Shown here: positions 1-15,059 of the stretch, in pieces
Layout of the letters: each line of letters opens with the position of its first letter
Numbering within the stretch: position 1 is the first letter of the stretch
Source of the DNA: Dicyema japonicum
Lineage: Eukaryota > Animalia > Dicyemida
Direction of reading: 5' to 3'
DNA: 64,000 nt
NCBI GenBank assembly: GCA_011109175.1
Contig: RDEW01000004.1
Location: 334,030 to 398,029, forward strand
Notes under the pieces: generated by a model
What the model saw: the letters and a program-made list of their open reading frames with translations, nothing else
The model's database searches: none
Told to the model about the DNA's origin: nothing
Program-made: the position numbers and the translations under genes

Positions 1-221
1 ATTATTCTAACAGGTGGGGTAATTTACGTTATTCACTTATAACTTGATAATTCCAAGATAAAAGAGGTAGAAGAACAGGTGTTCTATCTATACTAGAACC
101 AAATAAACTTCATGGTGGAAAAGTAAAAATATTTGTAAATGTGGAATCCCACTTTAACGTCTGTTTACTGGAAAAGATCTTTAGAATTATAAAAAACCCA
201 AAAATTGAGCCTGATAATACA

Positions 222-614
222 ATGTCTGGACCTGGTAAAAGTGCAAAAGAAGGAAAATCAAATGCAAAGCGATTCAAGAAGATCCTCATTAATTCTGACG
301 ACTATGAGGACGTTTCACAAGTGGTTCGTCACACAGTGGACCACGTGGTTCAATTATTATTTCTAAATTGGCCCTCTATTGCAGTATACTTTAGAGGAAG
401 TAAAATCCTGGAAAAGCTCAGGCGGGTCATTCGCGACTCGGTCCTATTGGCTTTTCGGGTAAACATGGAGATTGATGGCAGGGCTGCGTTCCATACAGCA
501 GCGGACATCCCCTTACAGCCAGCGGTACAACAGGCTGTGCTTGCCACCAGGAGGACGGAATTAGAGATTGAGGCTCAACCTCACTTAACGAGAATAAAAA
601 TGTTAATTTGCTAG
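222..614 (+). CDS. Divergent histone H4-like protein (130 aa), possible H4 variant or decayed copy
   Basis: ATG at 222 gives MSGPGKSAKEGKSNAKRFKKIL, alignable to the H4 tail [23 protein letters not shown]. Later VIRDSV resembles H4 VIRDAV and TAADI resembles TAMDV. The rest is highly diverged. Confidence 0.5.
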   Translation: MSGPGKSAKEGKSNAKRFKKILINSDDYEDVSQVVRHTVDHVVQLLFLNWPSIAVYFRGSKILEKLRRVIRDSVLLAFRVNMEIDGRAAFHTAADIPLQPAVQQAVLATRRTELEIEAQPHLTRIKMLIC

Positions 615-639
615 TATTCATCATAAAATGTTTTCTTGA

Positions 640-2700
640 AGTTCAACATATCCCATTTGAAGTCTGCCCACTATAGGGTTCTCATATCTAATAATTTGTG
701 TGTTCTACCGAGAGAGTTTTCAACATAAAAAGATATTAATACTGCAAGTCTAAAAGTCACAATCAAATGCAGTCATATCTTTATCACGTAGGATATTCTC
801 CCAAAACACTCATTATTTTGTTTCGCATATTATCAGGAGGTTAATTCGTGATAGGAATCGTTTAAGGGCTAAATTGAAGCGTTGTGTCGACAAAATAGAC
901 GGGGAAATCTTATCTTCCAAAATCATGATGATGAAGGAGGCAATCAGCAGTATATGGAGAAATGAAACTGACCGTATATGGAAGGCTAGGGCTGCAAAGA
1001 TTGATATAAAATTCTCTGTTTTTGGAAATGCTATCGGAAGATGATGTGTTCAAAGTCTGGGGCAGAATTATATTAAATAAACCAAACGGGGGAGTATGCA
1101 TTACGGAAGAAACACAGGGACCAGCTCCAAAAAATTCAGGGTGTGGATCCGTGGACAAAAATAAGGTGTCTGCCGATATATTTAAACAATCAGACGAGGA
1201 ACTGCTTATTGCTGAAGGCATTCTTAGCGTTTTAGAAGTGATGAAGGCTATCAGGGAATGCAGGTCAATGCTCCAGGATGTTACCACATATCAATGAAAT
1301 TTATCCAAGAGGGTCCAGATATTTTATTTGACTATCTGCGATGGTGGGTGTTTACGACTTGGTCTCCTCCCTTTAAGATAGAAAAAAGCTGTCGTAAGGA
1401 TGATTCCAAAACCAGGAAAGTCAAAAAGAGATCCGGCAAGCTACAGGCATATTAGCTTAAAATTTTCTTTCCGAAAGTGATTGAACGTATCATTTTCAAA
1501 AAGCAAAGCAGACATATAGAAGAGAATGACTTTCTGTTTCCTGAGCAGTAGGGTTTTTTTCCAGAAGAAGCTGTGCAGACTGTTCCTTTCTACTAAATTG
1601 TGGAATCATGAAAACAAGGGATTCCAAGAGGCAAATAACTCATTATGTCTTGATATCTCGAAAGCATTCGACAGTGTATGCCATGAAGCGTTGTTAAAGC
1701 AGCTTGTGTTCCAAGATACCTATTTGTTTGGCTAAGAAGTTATCTTCAGGAAATACCTATTTTTTGTGAAGGTTTGTGGAAATATATCCGATGCAATGTT
1801 ATTCAAGAGAAGAGTACCACAAGGTTCAGTATTGAGCCCTATTTTGTTTAATATATTCATTGCGAGTTTTCCACGTCCGAGGAATATTAATACAGTATGA
1901 CCTCCAGTTGGAACAGACCTCTGGCTTGGGGAACCTCTATTTTTGGGAAACGTCTGTTTTTGGGGCAATTTTTCAAAATGGATGCTCCAAATGGAGGTTA
2001 TACTGTACTAGACTTCTTATTTATGCGGATGACGTAATCGTGGTACACACAAATCTTCTATATCTGAAGGAAAAATCCGGGAGTATGTGAGCCAGATTGA
2101 GCAATGGTGCAACTTGAGAGGGTTAAAGCTCTCTACTGAAAAGTCATGCACACTCCGAATAAGCAATGTGAAAAGTACCTGAAACAGAAATACACACTGG
2201 GAGTAAACAATGCACACAGTCTGCGCTACTTGGTGGTCGACTATGGACACGCAGGATATTACATGGACGACATAAAGGAGAAAAGAAAGAGAGCTTTTCA
2301 ATCACTCCTATGTACAAGGAAGTTACACGTTAGCCTTGACACCTACCTATTCATCCTCAAAGGAGTTATTCTCCACAGCCTACTTTATGAGTGCGAGAAG
2401 TGGTTCTCCTCTCCGTAGAAGGAGAAGGTCTTATTCATCCTAGAGAAGACTAGGAGGGCTGCAATTAAGCTTTCCGTAAACAAGAAATCGAAAGACTGTC
2501 TAAGCGAGGACGAAAACAAGCAGTTAGAGCTGATTGGCAGGATTGCGGAGGATCGGATCAATAGTTTCAGAAAGAGATTAAAGATCCAGGACACGTATAT
2601 AAAGCTCGGAAAACCTCTGTCACATTTCCATCGTGTTCTTTTAGACATATTTTCTCCACAAATCTGTATACTCTTGAATGCCTGTTCGCGTGCTCTACTA
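640..2700 (+). mobile_element. Degraded non-LTR retrotransposon (CR1/L2/Jockey-like RT)
   Basis: Frameshifted RT motifs: LDISKAFDSV (~1650), VPQGSVLSPILFNIFI (~1810-1860), YADD (~2020). Confidence 0.7.
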
Positions 2701-3670
2701 AGGTTGTCTTCTTCATTATAAACAATGGGCTCACATGATTATGGATTTTACAAGTAGGTTGAACTTATAAAATTATAAAATGGAATCTGTCTCGTGCTTT
2801 TATGAATAGTAATATTTATTGAAATAAAAATTATTTGTTTCTAAATCGACCATTCCGTATTTTTAAAAACCGTCGATTACTACCACAACCTTTTAATTAC
2901 TTAATTCTAATACCCATGAGTATTCGTCGTTTATGTGAGAACAAGTCGATAAGATCGGCTAGATATCTGTCACGAGGTTTTTTTAATTATAAGTGAAATT
3001 AGGGTTTAGTCGACATTATTCTTGTGGTTTGACAAAAGATGCACCTATTACTTCTTGAACTTCTTTTCTCGTTAGATTGTACATTCTTTAAAAGACTGTA
3101 TAACCTGTCTCTACCAAAATGGCATAATTGTGTTCAGTATATTTTTAGATCAGCAACACTAGTTACCTCAATCACTAGAATCTTTTATTCTGTTTGATCA
3201 GACGTAAAAAATCTCATCATGAATCCATTTTCAGGTAAAATTGTTTTTTATCTTCAAACTCAAAAGATTCACAATTTACTGAGCTCATATTTTGCCCTTT
3301 TATGAATTTGAGGACAATCATAATTCATTTTTAATTTTTATATTTTTTCCATTTCGTACGGCGACAGACTCAGGTAACTCATTTTATTGTGTGGAATATA
3401 CTTTATTAAAATAGTATTAAAAATATATAATAAATTGATATCATTATTATGTAAAATAATATGTTTTATTCTAAAAATGTGAAGTACGGTCGGCAAATGG
3501 CGGGTCCGTCAAATGAACGCCAAGTAATTATTTTATATTTTGACAAAATTGTAATGTCATAATTTCTCATAAAAATGACATCAAGTCTAATCTTTAATAA
3601 ACTTTAAACTTTGAATAAATTGTAAAATTATCTTGCATTTACTTATGTTGATTAACATAGGTGTTAGTTG

Positions 3671-3760
3671 GTCTGATGGTCGAAGTAGTGATACATCATC
3701 CTCTAATGGTCGAACTAGTGATACATCATCCTCTGATGGTCGAAGTGGTGATACATCATT
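3671..3760. repeat. 30-nt minisatellite x3
   Basis: Units 3671-3700, 3701-3730 and 3731-3760 of ctctgatggtcgaagtagtgatacatcatc, with 1-2 mismatches each and no spacers. Confidence 0.95.
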
Positions 3761-3949
3761 TTTTGATAAACTAAGCATTGGAACGAGGATTATGTTTGTC
3801 AGGGGAATAATTCAGATAAACTTGGTCTTGAGGATTATTAGTTAGATTATCTCAATTATAAGAGTTAATGTTTACAGATAATTTTATCAAACTGAAAACA
3901 TTAAAGTTAATGAGAAAAACCAATTATGAAGCCAATTGAATGTTTTTAC

Positions 3950-5000
3950 TATAAGATCTGACAGAAGGAGTATTTTTTGGTCATTGGAATGAGGGAAAGA
4001 TTAAAGGTGAATGGGAAATAACAGATCCCTGACAAATACTGAGATAACGAAATTGGGACATTTGGGAATATAAATAGGGTTACACAGTCTTTCTGATAGG
4101 AAAATTGTAAGGCAAGACTGCCAAACTGAGGGATATTTTATGAATTGATTTTTTGAGAGGACCACAGGAAAAATGCTGTCAAAGGCTTTTTTCAAGTCGA
4201 TTTTTCATTCTTGACTCTAGAGATCAACGTTTTTATCTACTTATTGAAAATACTTTTGTTTGATGATTAGTCTTTGATCTTTTTAAACGTCTCTTTTCAC
4301 GGATGAGGTGAAGGATTTCACTATTATAGTAGGCCATGTAGTCCTCTATGGATTATGTTCCCGTCATCCATCAATATAACGGAGTTGAAAAAGGCACGCT
4401 TCAATCTGGGGGGATAAAGTCATCCAGGAAGAGGTTTTCTATTTTTGTCATAAAATCGTCCCATTTCGTTTTCCTGTAAATAAAGTCCGTCTGATTCTAG
4501 TAGTGGTGAAAATAGACTAATGTCAATGATGGTTGTGATTAGAGTTTAGGTCATATTCGACATTCCAACTAATTAACGATGCAATGTAAAGTGAGAACAA
4601 CGAATATGTTCAAATACCGAAGGTGAGTTCCAAACTTGTGTGTTGATTGCGGTTGTTCAGTATGACGAAGTGTTTGAGATGACTTGTTCTCCTCTGGGGT
4701 CGAATACCACAGTGGATCCATAGCATTAAGGTCATCGCAAATGATAACTTTATTGTAGTTGAGCAGGAATTCTTGTCCTTCTGTCAGCATGATGAAGGGG
4801 TTACATGACGATAGTGTAGGGAGTTGACGTTAATGGTAATGGAAATTACTTCAATATGGTTATCTGAGCCATGCATGGCTGTGTGCTGAGTAGTGAATAT
4901 GAAAGGAAGAATGTATGAGGGTGACAGCCTACCACCATAGGACCATTTGCTTGTTCTTAGCGGAGAATGAGTAATCTGTAAATCTTGGTGTTTGTGAGGT
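3950..5000 (-). mobile_element. Degraded LINE fragments (EN and RT)
   Basis: Minus-strand KKAFDSI (RT, 4001-4195) and ICDDLNAMDPLWYS (GDFNA-like APE endonuclease motif, 4569-4790). Confidence 0.55.
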
Positions 5001-6056
5001 GGTGGATAGTCTAGATTATTTCAGAAAAGCAATATAAATTTTGTGTTTCCCAAATAGTCTGTGAGCTCACTGTGCTTTGGTGTGATTCCATTTTTTCGTT
5101 CGGTTTGGGGTTTGACTCGACATCTCTCTATGCCAGGATGATCTAATTGGAGCAAAGCTTTGTGCCCGTCATCGGGAACTCCTAAGAGAGAACCAAAGGG
5201 GAAAATTGTGATGGATAATCTTAAAAATATATAGATTACTATGTGTGCTTTATAATAATAAAATTGAAGTTTAATTGATAGACAAAAGGAGTTTGTGACT
5301 ATTTTGTGCATTCGGTTAAACAAAATTAGGAACAAATTGATTGGAGAATTTTATAATAATCATTAAAATATGAATTTGTTTTTACTTTTTGTAATATGCC
5401 AAATAATATTAATTTAAAAATTATTATCCAAAAATCACAATATTAACTAATTATGAGGAAGGCCATCAGATTAATCTCTTTTAGTATCTAACACTTATCA
5501 GAAAATACTATCCTTCCTACCATCTTACATTCCTCCTTGTTTGACTATGGATTTCCTCAAGGCAATGTATTCATTTCCTCACTTGAGTATAATCCTTATC
5601 TAGACAATCCCGCAAGTGCAATTTTTGGAATACTCTTATTAATCAATTAGACTGCATCACATTATTCATTAATAAAATATATCCAAAAGGAGTCCAGCTT
5701 ATATATTTTTAGTCAATAGACGATTAGGATTTTTCATATGATTTTTATGAAATCAACTTTTCATAAACGACGTTTAGACATTAAGTTTATTTATTTTAAT
5801 GACAGTCTTTCCAAAATATTTCTGGTTTAATCCCCAACTGAGTTAAGTAACTCTACAATGTGGACAATTGTCGTCGATTAGTTCAAGTCGCTCGTTTAGG
5901 TAATCTTTTAGAGGTCCCGGTAAATAAATAAAATGTCACCAAAGTATGAACATGTATGTATAAATTACAAATTTGTAAACTCAATTAAATATATTTTAGA
6001 AAAAATAAATTAAACAAATAAAATATAATTAAATTTAAATTGACGCGTTAGTTGTG

Positions 6057-7638
<1,582 letters not shown>

Positions 7639-7869
7639 ATTAGGCTCTTTGGTTTTGATTTTGGTTATTTCACAAGTACAATCTTGTTTTTGATTTTATT
7701 AATTGCTATTATTTATTTTAATAGTCACCAATAATCAAGTTAACATTTGTGGAAATGTCTCCAGAGTGAGGGGGAACTTTATGGCATTCTGTCACACCTC
7801 TACTCTAATAAATAGGTAAATATAGAGAACCGAACGAAGGATATGGATTATATGTAAAATATTAACAAT

Positions 7870-9830
7870 AATTTTTTTTTATTTAACCCCAAGACCACCA
7901 GGAAAGATAGGTCAAAACTAACTAATTAGGTGATCCGAACTCTCTTCATTTGATCTTCTGATGATCCAACCGCATTCCGTATGCGCCTATTCTTCCTTCT
8001 GCAAAGGAATTCAATCGGCGTGCCCTTTTTTATTACCGACCGAAATTCCTCTGCATGGCCAATGGGAATGTCCGTGTGGTGCATAATTTTCCGCCTGAGG
8101 GAGTTCAAACGGTGCACTCTCGAAGGGGGAATCGCAATTCTCCAAGCGGAGCAGGCATATTCAATGGTAGGTTCGATGACTTGTTGATAGACCTTGCTGT
8201 TGGTGACGCAAGCAGCAGGGGGAAAGGGCTCTTCTTTATCATCGCATTCAAAATGTTCCATTTCCGAAGACCCTTGGCAAGCACCTCCTCCACGTGACTC
8301 GAGAACGTCAACAGAGAGTCGAAAACTACACCAAGGATGTTCTGGTCCGCGTAGAAGGGATGGGAGTGTATATCTAAAGCCCACCTTTGAACCTTCTGTC
8401 CGTAGTGAATAATGTGAACTGAGACTTGAATGCTGATACACATAACATGTTTGCAGATAGCCAGTCACAAATTGAGTTTAGGTGTGTCTGAACAGTTGCT
8501 ACAGCCATGGAAGGAGATTTATCTCTTGCAGCGATAATTAGGTCGTCCGCATAGGATAAAAACATAGTGTCCTGGTCATTGGTAGTAGGTAGGTCATGTA
8601 GAAATAGGTTGAAAAGGAGAGGAGATAAAGGTGAGCCTTGCGGGACCCCATTGGGGGTAGTCTTGATTTTGAAGTGGTTTTGTCAATCCGGACCCTTCCG
8701 CGTCGTCCAGTTAAAAAGTTTTCCAGCCATAGCTTGATGTTTGGGTGTAAGTTCGAATTAAAAATCTTATGCGTTAGGAGTTTCCTCGGAACAGAATCAA
8801 AAGCCTTCTATATATCGATGGATACTAAGCCGTCCCTAAGTGTGTTCTCATGTTGAAGCCGTCAGTAATAAACTGGGATTTAGAACCCAAATGAGTCGTT
8901 ATAGAACGGTCTGCCCTGAAACCATGTTGAAACTCTGGTAGATGTAGAACAGGAGAAATGCGCATAAACACAAGCTTTTCCAGTACTTTTGATAAAACAC
9001 AAGTTATTGAGATTAAGAAGAGAGAACGTTTTTTGGATTTCTGGGCTTTAGGATTGGCGCAATCAGGGAGTTTTTCCATATATTAGGAAGCGTATAGTAG
9101 TTTATAGAGTCGTTGTACAGTCTTGATAGAATGGCCCTGATAACAAAGGTGTTTGAGGTGAATAGTGCAAATACCGTCGGGACCACAAGCACGAGTGGGA
9201 CGTAGCAATTGAATAGCCTTGTCAAAATCATGGGGGTGAAAAAGGTGGAATACGGTTCTTGTTGCGGCCGGCGCCGTTCAACAAGTGTAGAACGAGAAAA
9301 ATCTTTATGGCTGATCGATACGTAGTACTTCATAATCTTGTTTGCGAGTTTGCGGGCGGCTCTGAAGCGTTGCGGCCTCGGTTCCGAAGTCCTCCTCATT
9401 GATTAGGCTATTGATCCTTCTTAGCGTTTTCTAAAATGTGGCACAAGAGTTCTTGTGACATAGTCGTCCAACTAGGCGCCTCCATTTGAGTCTGTTGTTA
9501 GTTCGGATTAACTCAGATAATTTGGTATTCAGTAAACGTATGGAGTAGAAGGAGTTATTAGTCAGCGTTCTTTTCTTCTTCATCGCATCTCGCTTCTTGA
9601 TGAGTGACAATATTTGTGATGATAATCTTGGATTAAACTACTTGTAAGACAATGGGGTTATGGTCACTTGAGAAACCATAACGAACATTCCATGAAATAC
9701 ATCCAGCCATAGAAGGAGAGCAGAGGGACAGGTCCAGGGTTGTTGGACTGTCCCTTCTGCGGGACGGGGTCCTTGTGTGAGCGATGTACACGGTAAAGTC
9801 CCTCAGCGTCTTCAGTGGTTGTTAAATTAT
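7870..9830 (-). mobile_element. Jockey/I-like LINE, RT and 3' end, degraded
   Basis: Minus ORFs: LIAPILKP, EFQHGFRADRS, FLSYADD, LGVVFDSLLTF, IEPTIEYACSAW. A-rich tail near 7870. Confidence 0.8.
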
Positions 9831-9936
9831 CATTTTTTTGTTAAAAGAATTGCATTTAAAAATTTTTAATTAATGTTATTTTAACCAATAAAATTATAAT
9901 AAAAAGTAATTTAAAAAATAATTTTATGATAGCAAT

Positions 9937-10673
9937 ATGAAATCCTTTGATCTTGTTACGAGGATTGGGTCTTCCATTTTGAATGCTGATTTGTCTCAGT
10001 TAGCTAAAGAATCTCGTAGAATGCTTGACAGTGGAGTAGACTTTCTACATTTGGACGTTATGGACGGAAGATTTGTCCCCAATATAACATTCGGCCATCC
10101 TGTTGTAAAATGCCTCAGAAAGAACATCCCCAAACCTGACTACTTCGAATGCCACATGATGGTACAAAATCCTCAGCAGGTTTTCTTCTTTAGGGACTCT
10201 TAGTGGATCACGGAAATGAGTGACGCAGGGACCAACCTTTACACTTTCCACGTTGAGGCAAATGGTGACATATCGGAAACCATTAGACACGTGAAAGAAG
10301 AGGGAATGGAGGTTTGACTAGTTATTACTATCCTAGGTTGGAGTGGCCATAAATCCAGGGACTTGTGTAGATTCTGTATTTTCCATTATCGGGGATGTAG
10401 ATGTGGTGTTAGTGATGACAGTCGAGCCGGGGTTTGGTGGACAAAAATTCATGGGGGATATGATGAATAAGGTAGATTGTGGTATTCCGTTTGATAAAAA
10501 TTCTGCGGGAACGTTTTCCGTCGTTGAATATTGGGGTCGACGGAGGAGTCGGATTGGAGACTGCAGAGACTTGTGTAAAGGCAGGAGCGAATGTGATTGT
10601 TTCTGGGTCCGCTCTTGTGAACTCTGCCAACCCTTCATTAATGTTAGAGAGAATTAGAAGCTATAAAATTTAA
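9937..10673 (+). CDS. RPE: Ribulose-phosphate 3-epimerase, 4 exons
   Basis: [59 protein letters not shown]. Introns 10180-10203 and 10312-10336, plus an apparent GT..TG intron at 10472-10493. Confidence 0.95.
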
Positions 10674-10849
10674 TATTTTTAATAAAATTAACCACATAAT
10701 CATTCTATGATACTCAAGAATATTATTTCCTTGGCCTCGTGCTACATGTGGATGCTTTCTCAAGATTTCTGTTCCTCCTTTTCACTTTTAAATAGAGTAG
10801 TGTCATGTAATCTGGTTCTGAATGGACTAGACAGAATATATTCTCTGAT

Positions 10850-12330
10850 AGCCATTTCATCTGACGATAACAGATCAAGAGAAGGACATCGAGTTAAGTC
10901 GATATGGTTGCTGAGAAAGGTCGGGATCATCTAATGACCGCGTTTTCTCTTTATTTAATGATATAATTTTAATGGGGCGGATTGCACTACTGCGGAGGGA
11001 GAGCTGATGGATTTTCCACAACATTGGATTTTTATTTTGAGGGATAACTCCCACTGTGTGTTCAATACCTGCAGGCATTCCGATCCTCTCAAGTGAAAGA
11101 AACCACAAAAACGTAACTATCATAGACGGAGGTTCTTGAAGACGACCAGTAACTTGTTGAATCCAAGACTTCGGATCGGGTTTGTTGATACCCAGTCATG
11201 GATATATTTGAGTCCTAGCATCTGAAAATGGCCACTTATTGAGAGTATTTTTGACTCCCACTGGATCTGATCAGTCAGTGTAATCTTTAATCAATCATTA
11301 ATTATTATGAGGGCAGAGTTTTGAATTTTACTTGATTTTTTAATATTCGACTAAGGCCTCAAGCAGGAACAGCATAATCCAACGTTGTTCCAATAAATGT
11401 CTGTAAATAATTTTAGACTTTCTTTGTTCTGTCCAAATGATTTCCCCCAACAACCACGAGAAAGTTGAGCTTTTTCCGAGATTTGTCGCATTTATACGAA
11501 ACATATTTCTATAAAGGAAAAAACTTATCAAACACAGGTCCCAATATAATGGGGTTTTGACAATATAAAGTTATTCAGGAGGAAATGGTATTGAGGAGTG
11601 TAGAAACAACATTATGGTGAACAACCAGAATACGAAAGTAGTAATGTATACTCATTAGTCGGCAAACTGCACAAATATATGTTAAAAAGATCTGGGGAGA
11701 GAACTGAGCCTTGAGGAACTCTATCTGTAACGTGAGTGACATAATAAAGGAACATCCAAGACGACCAGATAGGATTGTGAACAACCACGGCATTATCCGG
11801 TAAGGGATCCCTGTGTTGAGGATCTTGTTGACTAATATGTGACTGGATGTTCTGTCGAAGGCTTTATCAATGTCAATAGAGGCAACAATTGTACTCTCTG
11901 GAGGATTATTCTATGTGCAATAAACTGAGCATAGATAAAGATGTAGTAGTCGAGTGGAAGCTCAAAATCCGTGCAAGGAATGGAAATTGAAAGGTAAGGA
12001 TTAAATTTATTACAACGCCTTCCATGATCATCAAATGACTGACAGGACAGAAATGACTAGGAAAGAGGAAAGATCTGAAGGGTCACGAAGAGGTTTCAGA
12101 ATAGGAATGATAGTGGATTTTTTCCAAAAAATTGGATCTACGTCGTGATTGATTGAGTATTAAATTAGGTTAGTTAAAGCGTGAAACCAGACAGAGATAT
12201 TTTAGATGGTGTATGGTAAGACCGTCTAGCATTCGAATTTCGCGACAAGTTGTGTAATTAGGGACTGCGGAATAAGTCAGTAGAATTGTGATCACGTCGT
12301 CAGAGTAAATCTGCAAGTAGGAAGGTGGCC
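10850..12330 (-). mobile_element. Degraded Jockey-like LINE RT
   Basis: Minus-strand IVASIDIDKAFDR (~11880) and VPQGSVLSPDLFNIY (~11680-11720). Confidence 0.6.
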
Positions 12331-12499
12331 ATAGTGGATTCATTGTCCAAAAATTAACTTTTAACTAAATAATAATAAATTATTGTTTTTTAATTATTTA
12401 TTGGAGTGAACGAGTCATTAAACTGTTTACATGGAGACTTTCACGTGATACTCACAAGAGGTTATTTAATTTATTTATTAGAACCCCGTGATCACTTAG

Positions 12500-13000
12500 A
12501 AAGAAAGGCAGAAAAAAACGTCAGACAGTTAGGTAATTCCAGTTCCCGCAATCAAACGAGTCATCTAATGACTGTGGTCTCTAATTGTTCCCACTACCAT
12601 GCGAAAGAGCCTTCTTTCATCCCTGCAGAAGAATCCGATTGGGAAGGGAACTTCCTAACCAATCGACCATCTTTTGCCTTGGATAAAGACAGGCTGGACG
12701 GGTTTCCGTCCTCCTTACATACCTGAAGGAATCCGGTTCCGCGACTACGGGTCGCAGCTTTCGTAAGTAGTGGGTTAATGTGGGCCCATCATAGATATAG
12801 TTTCCGGTATATTGAATTGATTATGTGGAGCGTAGTCTCTGATAACGCGAATCTTCATGCAGCATGGGCTTACTCCACAGCTTGGGTGATGGTTTGCCGG
12901 TAGAGTTTCCAACTGAAGCGTCCAAATTTAAAGGAGTTTTCCGGATAAGCGCGCGTATAGCATTCAGCAAGAGGAATTGTTGACGGTTAAATCTATAAAT
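12500..13000 (-). mobile_element. LINE post-RT fragment
   Basis: Minus-strand QTITQAVE-AHAA-RFAL resembles the 7926-8468 element's IEPTIEYACSAWRIAI. Confidence 0.45.
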
Positions 13001-13679
13001 TATGAATGTTGCGAAATAGAGTTAGAATAGATTATCTATTTTGAAAGTCACGTGTATGATATTTTTTCAATAGAGAATCGAGAAGTGTAACATAAGTTGG
13101 TTCGCTTTAATAATAAGTAATATAATTAATAATTAACTAACAAGCCATCCATCAAAGTGGACTTGGTCGACTTTGCGTTGCCTCTCACGATTGCAACAGA
13201 GATCAACTGGAGAAGTCACATGACAGAATTAACGTTATAATAATAATTTCACAAAAATTATAAATTACAATAATAACTCACAATGTGTTACAATTATCGA
13301 TAGGATATGGAATAATCCTTAAGAATTAATTTCGCTATTCATTTGCCCTCTAATTAGTGTCATTTTCTATTAATAATCAATGTCCGCAATATTACTAATA
13401 ATAAATATTTAATTGTCATACGGAAACAGAAAAGAACTTTGCTAACCATAAAAGTTAAACATAAATAAGTGCACTCTACCAATCATGACAGTCGATCTTA
13501 GTTACCTGGATACGACAAAGTTAATGGAAAACAACTGTGCCGAAAAACCGACTAGTCACAACTGGAAATTCACAAAAGAAATAACTGCGAATATCAGAGT
13601 TGGAAATCATCAATGTGATTAAATTGCGGTTATTGATTATTAAACGTATATAAAGACTAATCGCTATAAAACATAGCAT

Positions 13680-14926
13680 GTGATTATGATGAATTGTAGT
13701 TTCCTATTATTATTAATGATTTTGGTTATACTATACTTACATTTCTTTACATTCCTTAAACCACCGACGGATTTGCCACTAAACTGCCAGAAACTGATTG
13801 AAGGAGATAGAAATGAAATTATAAAAAGGAGATTTGAGATTGATTCGAGTTATAATGGGAATTTCCAGATCAACAATTGCAGGAGTTTGTAGAATCACGT
13901 GGATACTTGGATTATCCGATTTCCCAAGTTGAGATTGAGTATAGACTGGCATATATTCTCGTTGTCTATAAAGATTTGAAACAAGTTGAGAAATTGCTGA
14001 GGTCTGTTTATCGGAAAACTAACCTGTACTGCATCCACGTGGACAAAAAATCAAGTAAATCGTTCTACGACGGAATTTTAAAACTGACTAGTTGTCTTGA
14101 CAACGTAATCCTATTGGATAAATCCTACGACGTTGTTTGGGGTGAAATCACAACAATCTTACCAGAGATTGACTGTATGCAAGTAATGGTGGAGTACTAC
14201 GGCATAAACTGGAAATATGTGATAAATCTAACAGGACAGGAGTTTCCCTTAAAGACAAATTATGAGATATCCATGATAACCAAGGCATTAAATGGATCTA
14301 ATTGGATAGAATTTGAATCTTTTCTTCCGTAATTTACTTTTTTCTATTTTTAGAAAATTGAGGTATTTCTGGAAGTTAATCACATTCAATAAAGTTCCTT
14401 TTGGATTGACTCTCTACAAAGGACCAGTCCATGCATTAATGTCACGTGGATTTGTAGAGTTTGTGCTTTACAATGAAACTGCCCAGGAATTCCTAAACTG
14501 GCTCAGAGATACGATGATCCCCGATGAGACATTTTACTCTACTCTGAACTTTAACAGTCACATCCTTAAAGTTCCTGGAGCTTTTGGAGGTTGAATCATA
14601 ATTTATTATTAAAAGATGTGGGGAATCTAAAAAATTCTGATTTATTCACTGAAAGGGATTGGGAGAAGGATGGTTTCCGTTATAAGCAGTGGAAACCAAG
14701 AACTTGTTACGGATTCTATGCAAGGAACATTTGCATATTCGGAGCTGGGGATATTCCTTTGATGGCTAAAAGTCACTCACTTTTTGCAAATAAGTTTCAT
14801 TCTTATTATGAACCCGCCTCCTTGGATTGTCTGGATTGGTGGATTCAGAAAAAGTCTTATTCTGCAGGATCTGAGGTTGATTTTGATTTCTACAAAAAAC
14901 TGGATTTCGTTCAAAATCACATTTAA
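13680..14926 (+). CDS. GCNT: Core-2/I-branching beta-1,6-N-acetylglucosaminyltransferase (GT14), type II membrane protein
   Basis: N-terminal TM segment, then NLYCIHVDKKS, WKYVINLTGQEFPLKTN, IPDETFYSTLN, RNICIFGAGD, LFANKF. Introns 14329-14353 and 14590-14615. One base is missing at ~13881-13883. Confidence 0.88.
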
Positions 14927-15059
14927 TTTTTTGTTTTTATAAATTTTAAAACTTTATTATTTAAAAAATATTTCCAATTAATAAAGTTTAAGTTACAATA
15001 AAACCTCAAAATTTATTAAAAATGTAGTGAAACCTAAGTTTTGAGACAGCTTATTATTA

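Noticed and set aside
3671-3760. 30-nt repeats as a CRISPR array
   Set aside because: Units are contiguous with no spacers, there are no cas genes, and the context is eukaryotic.
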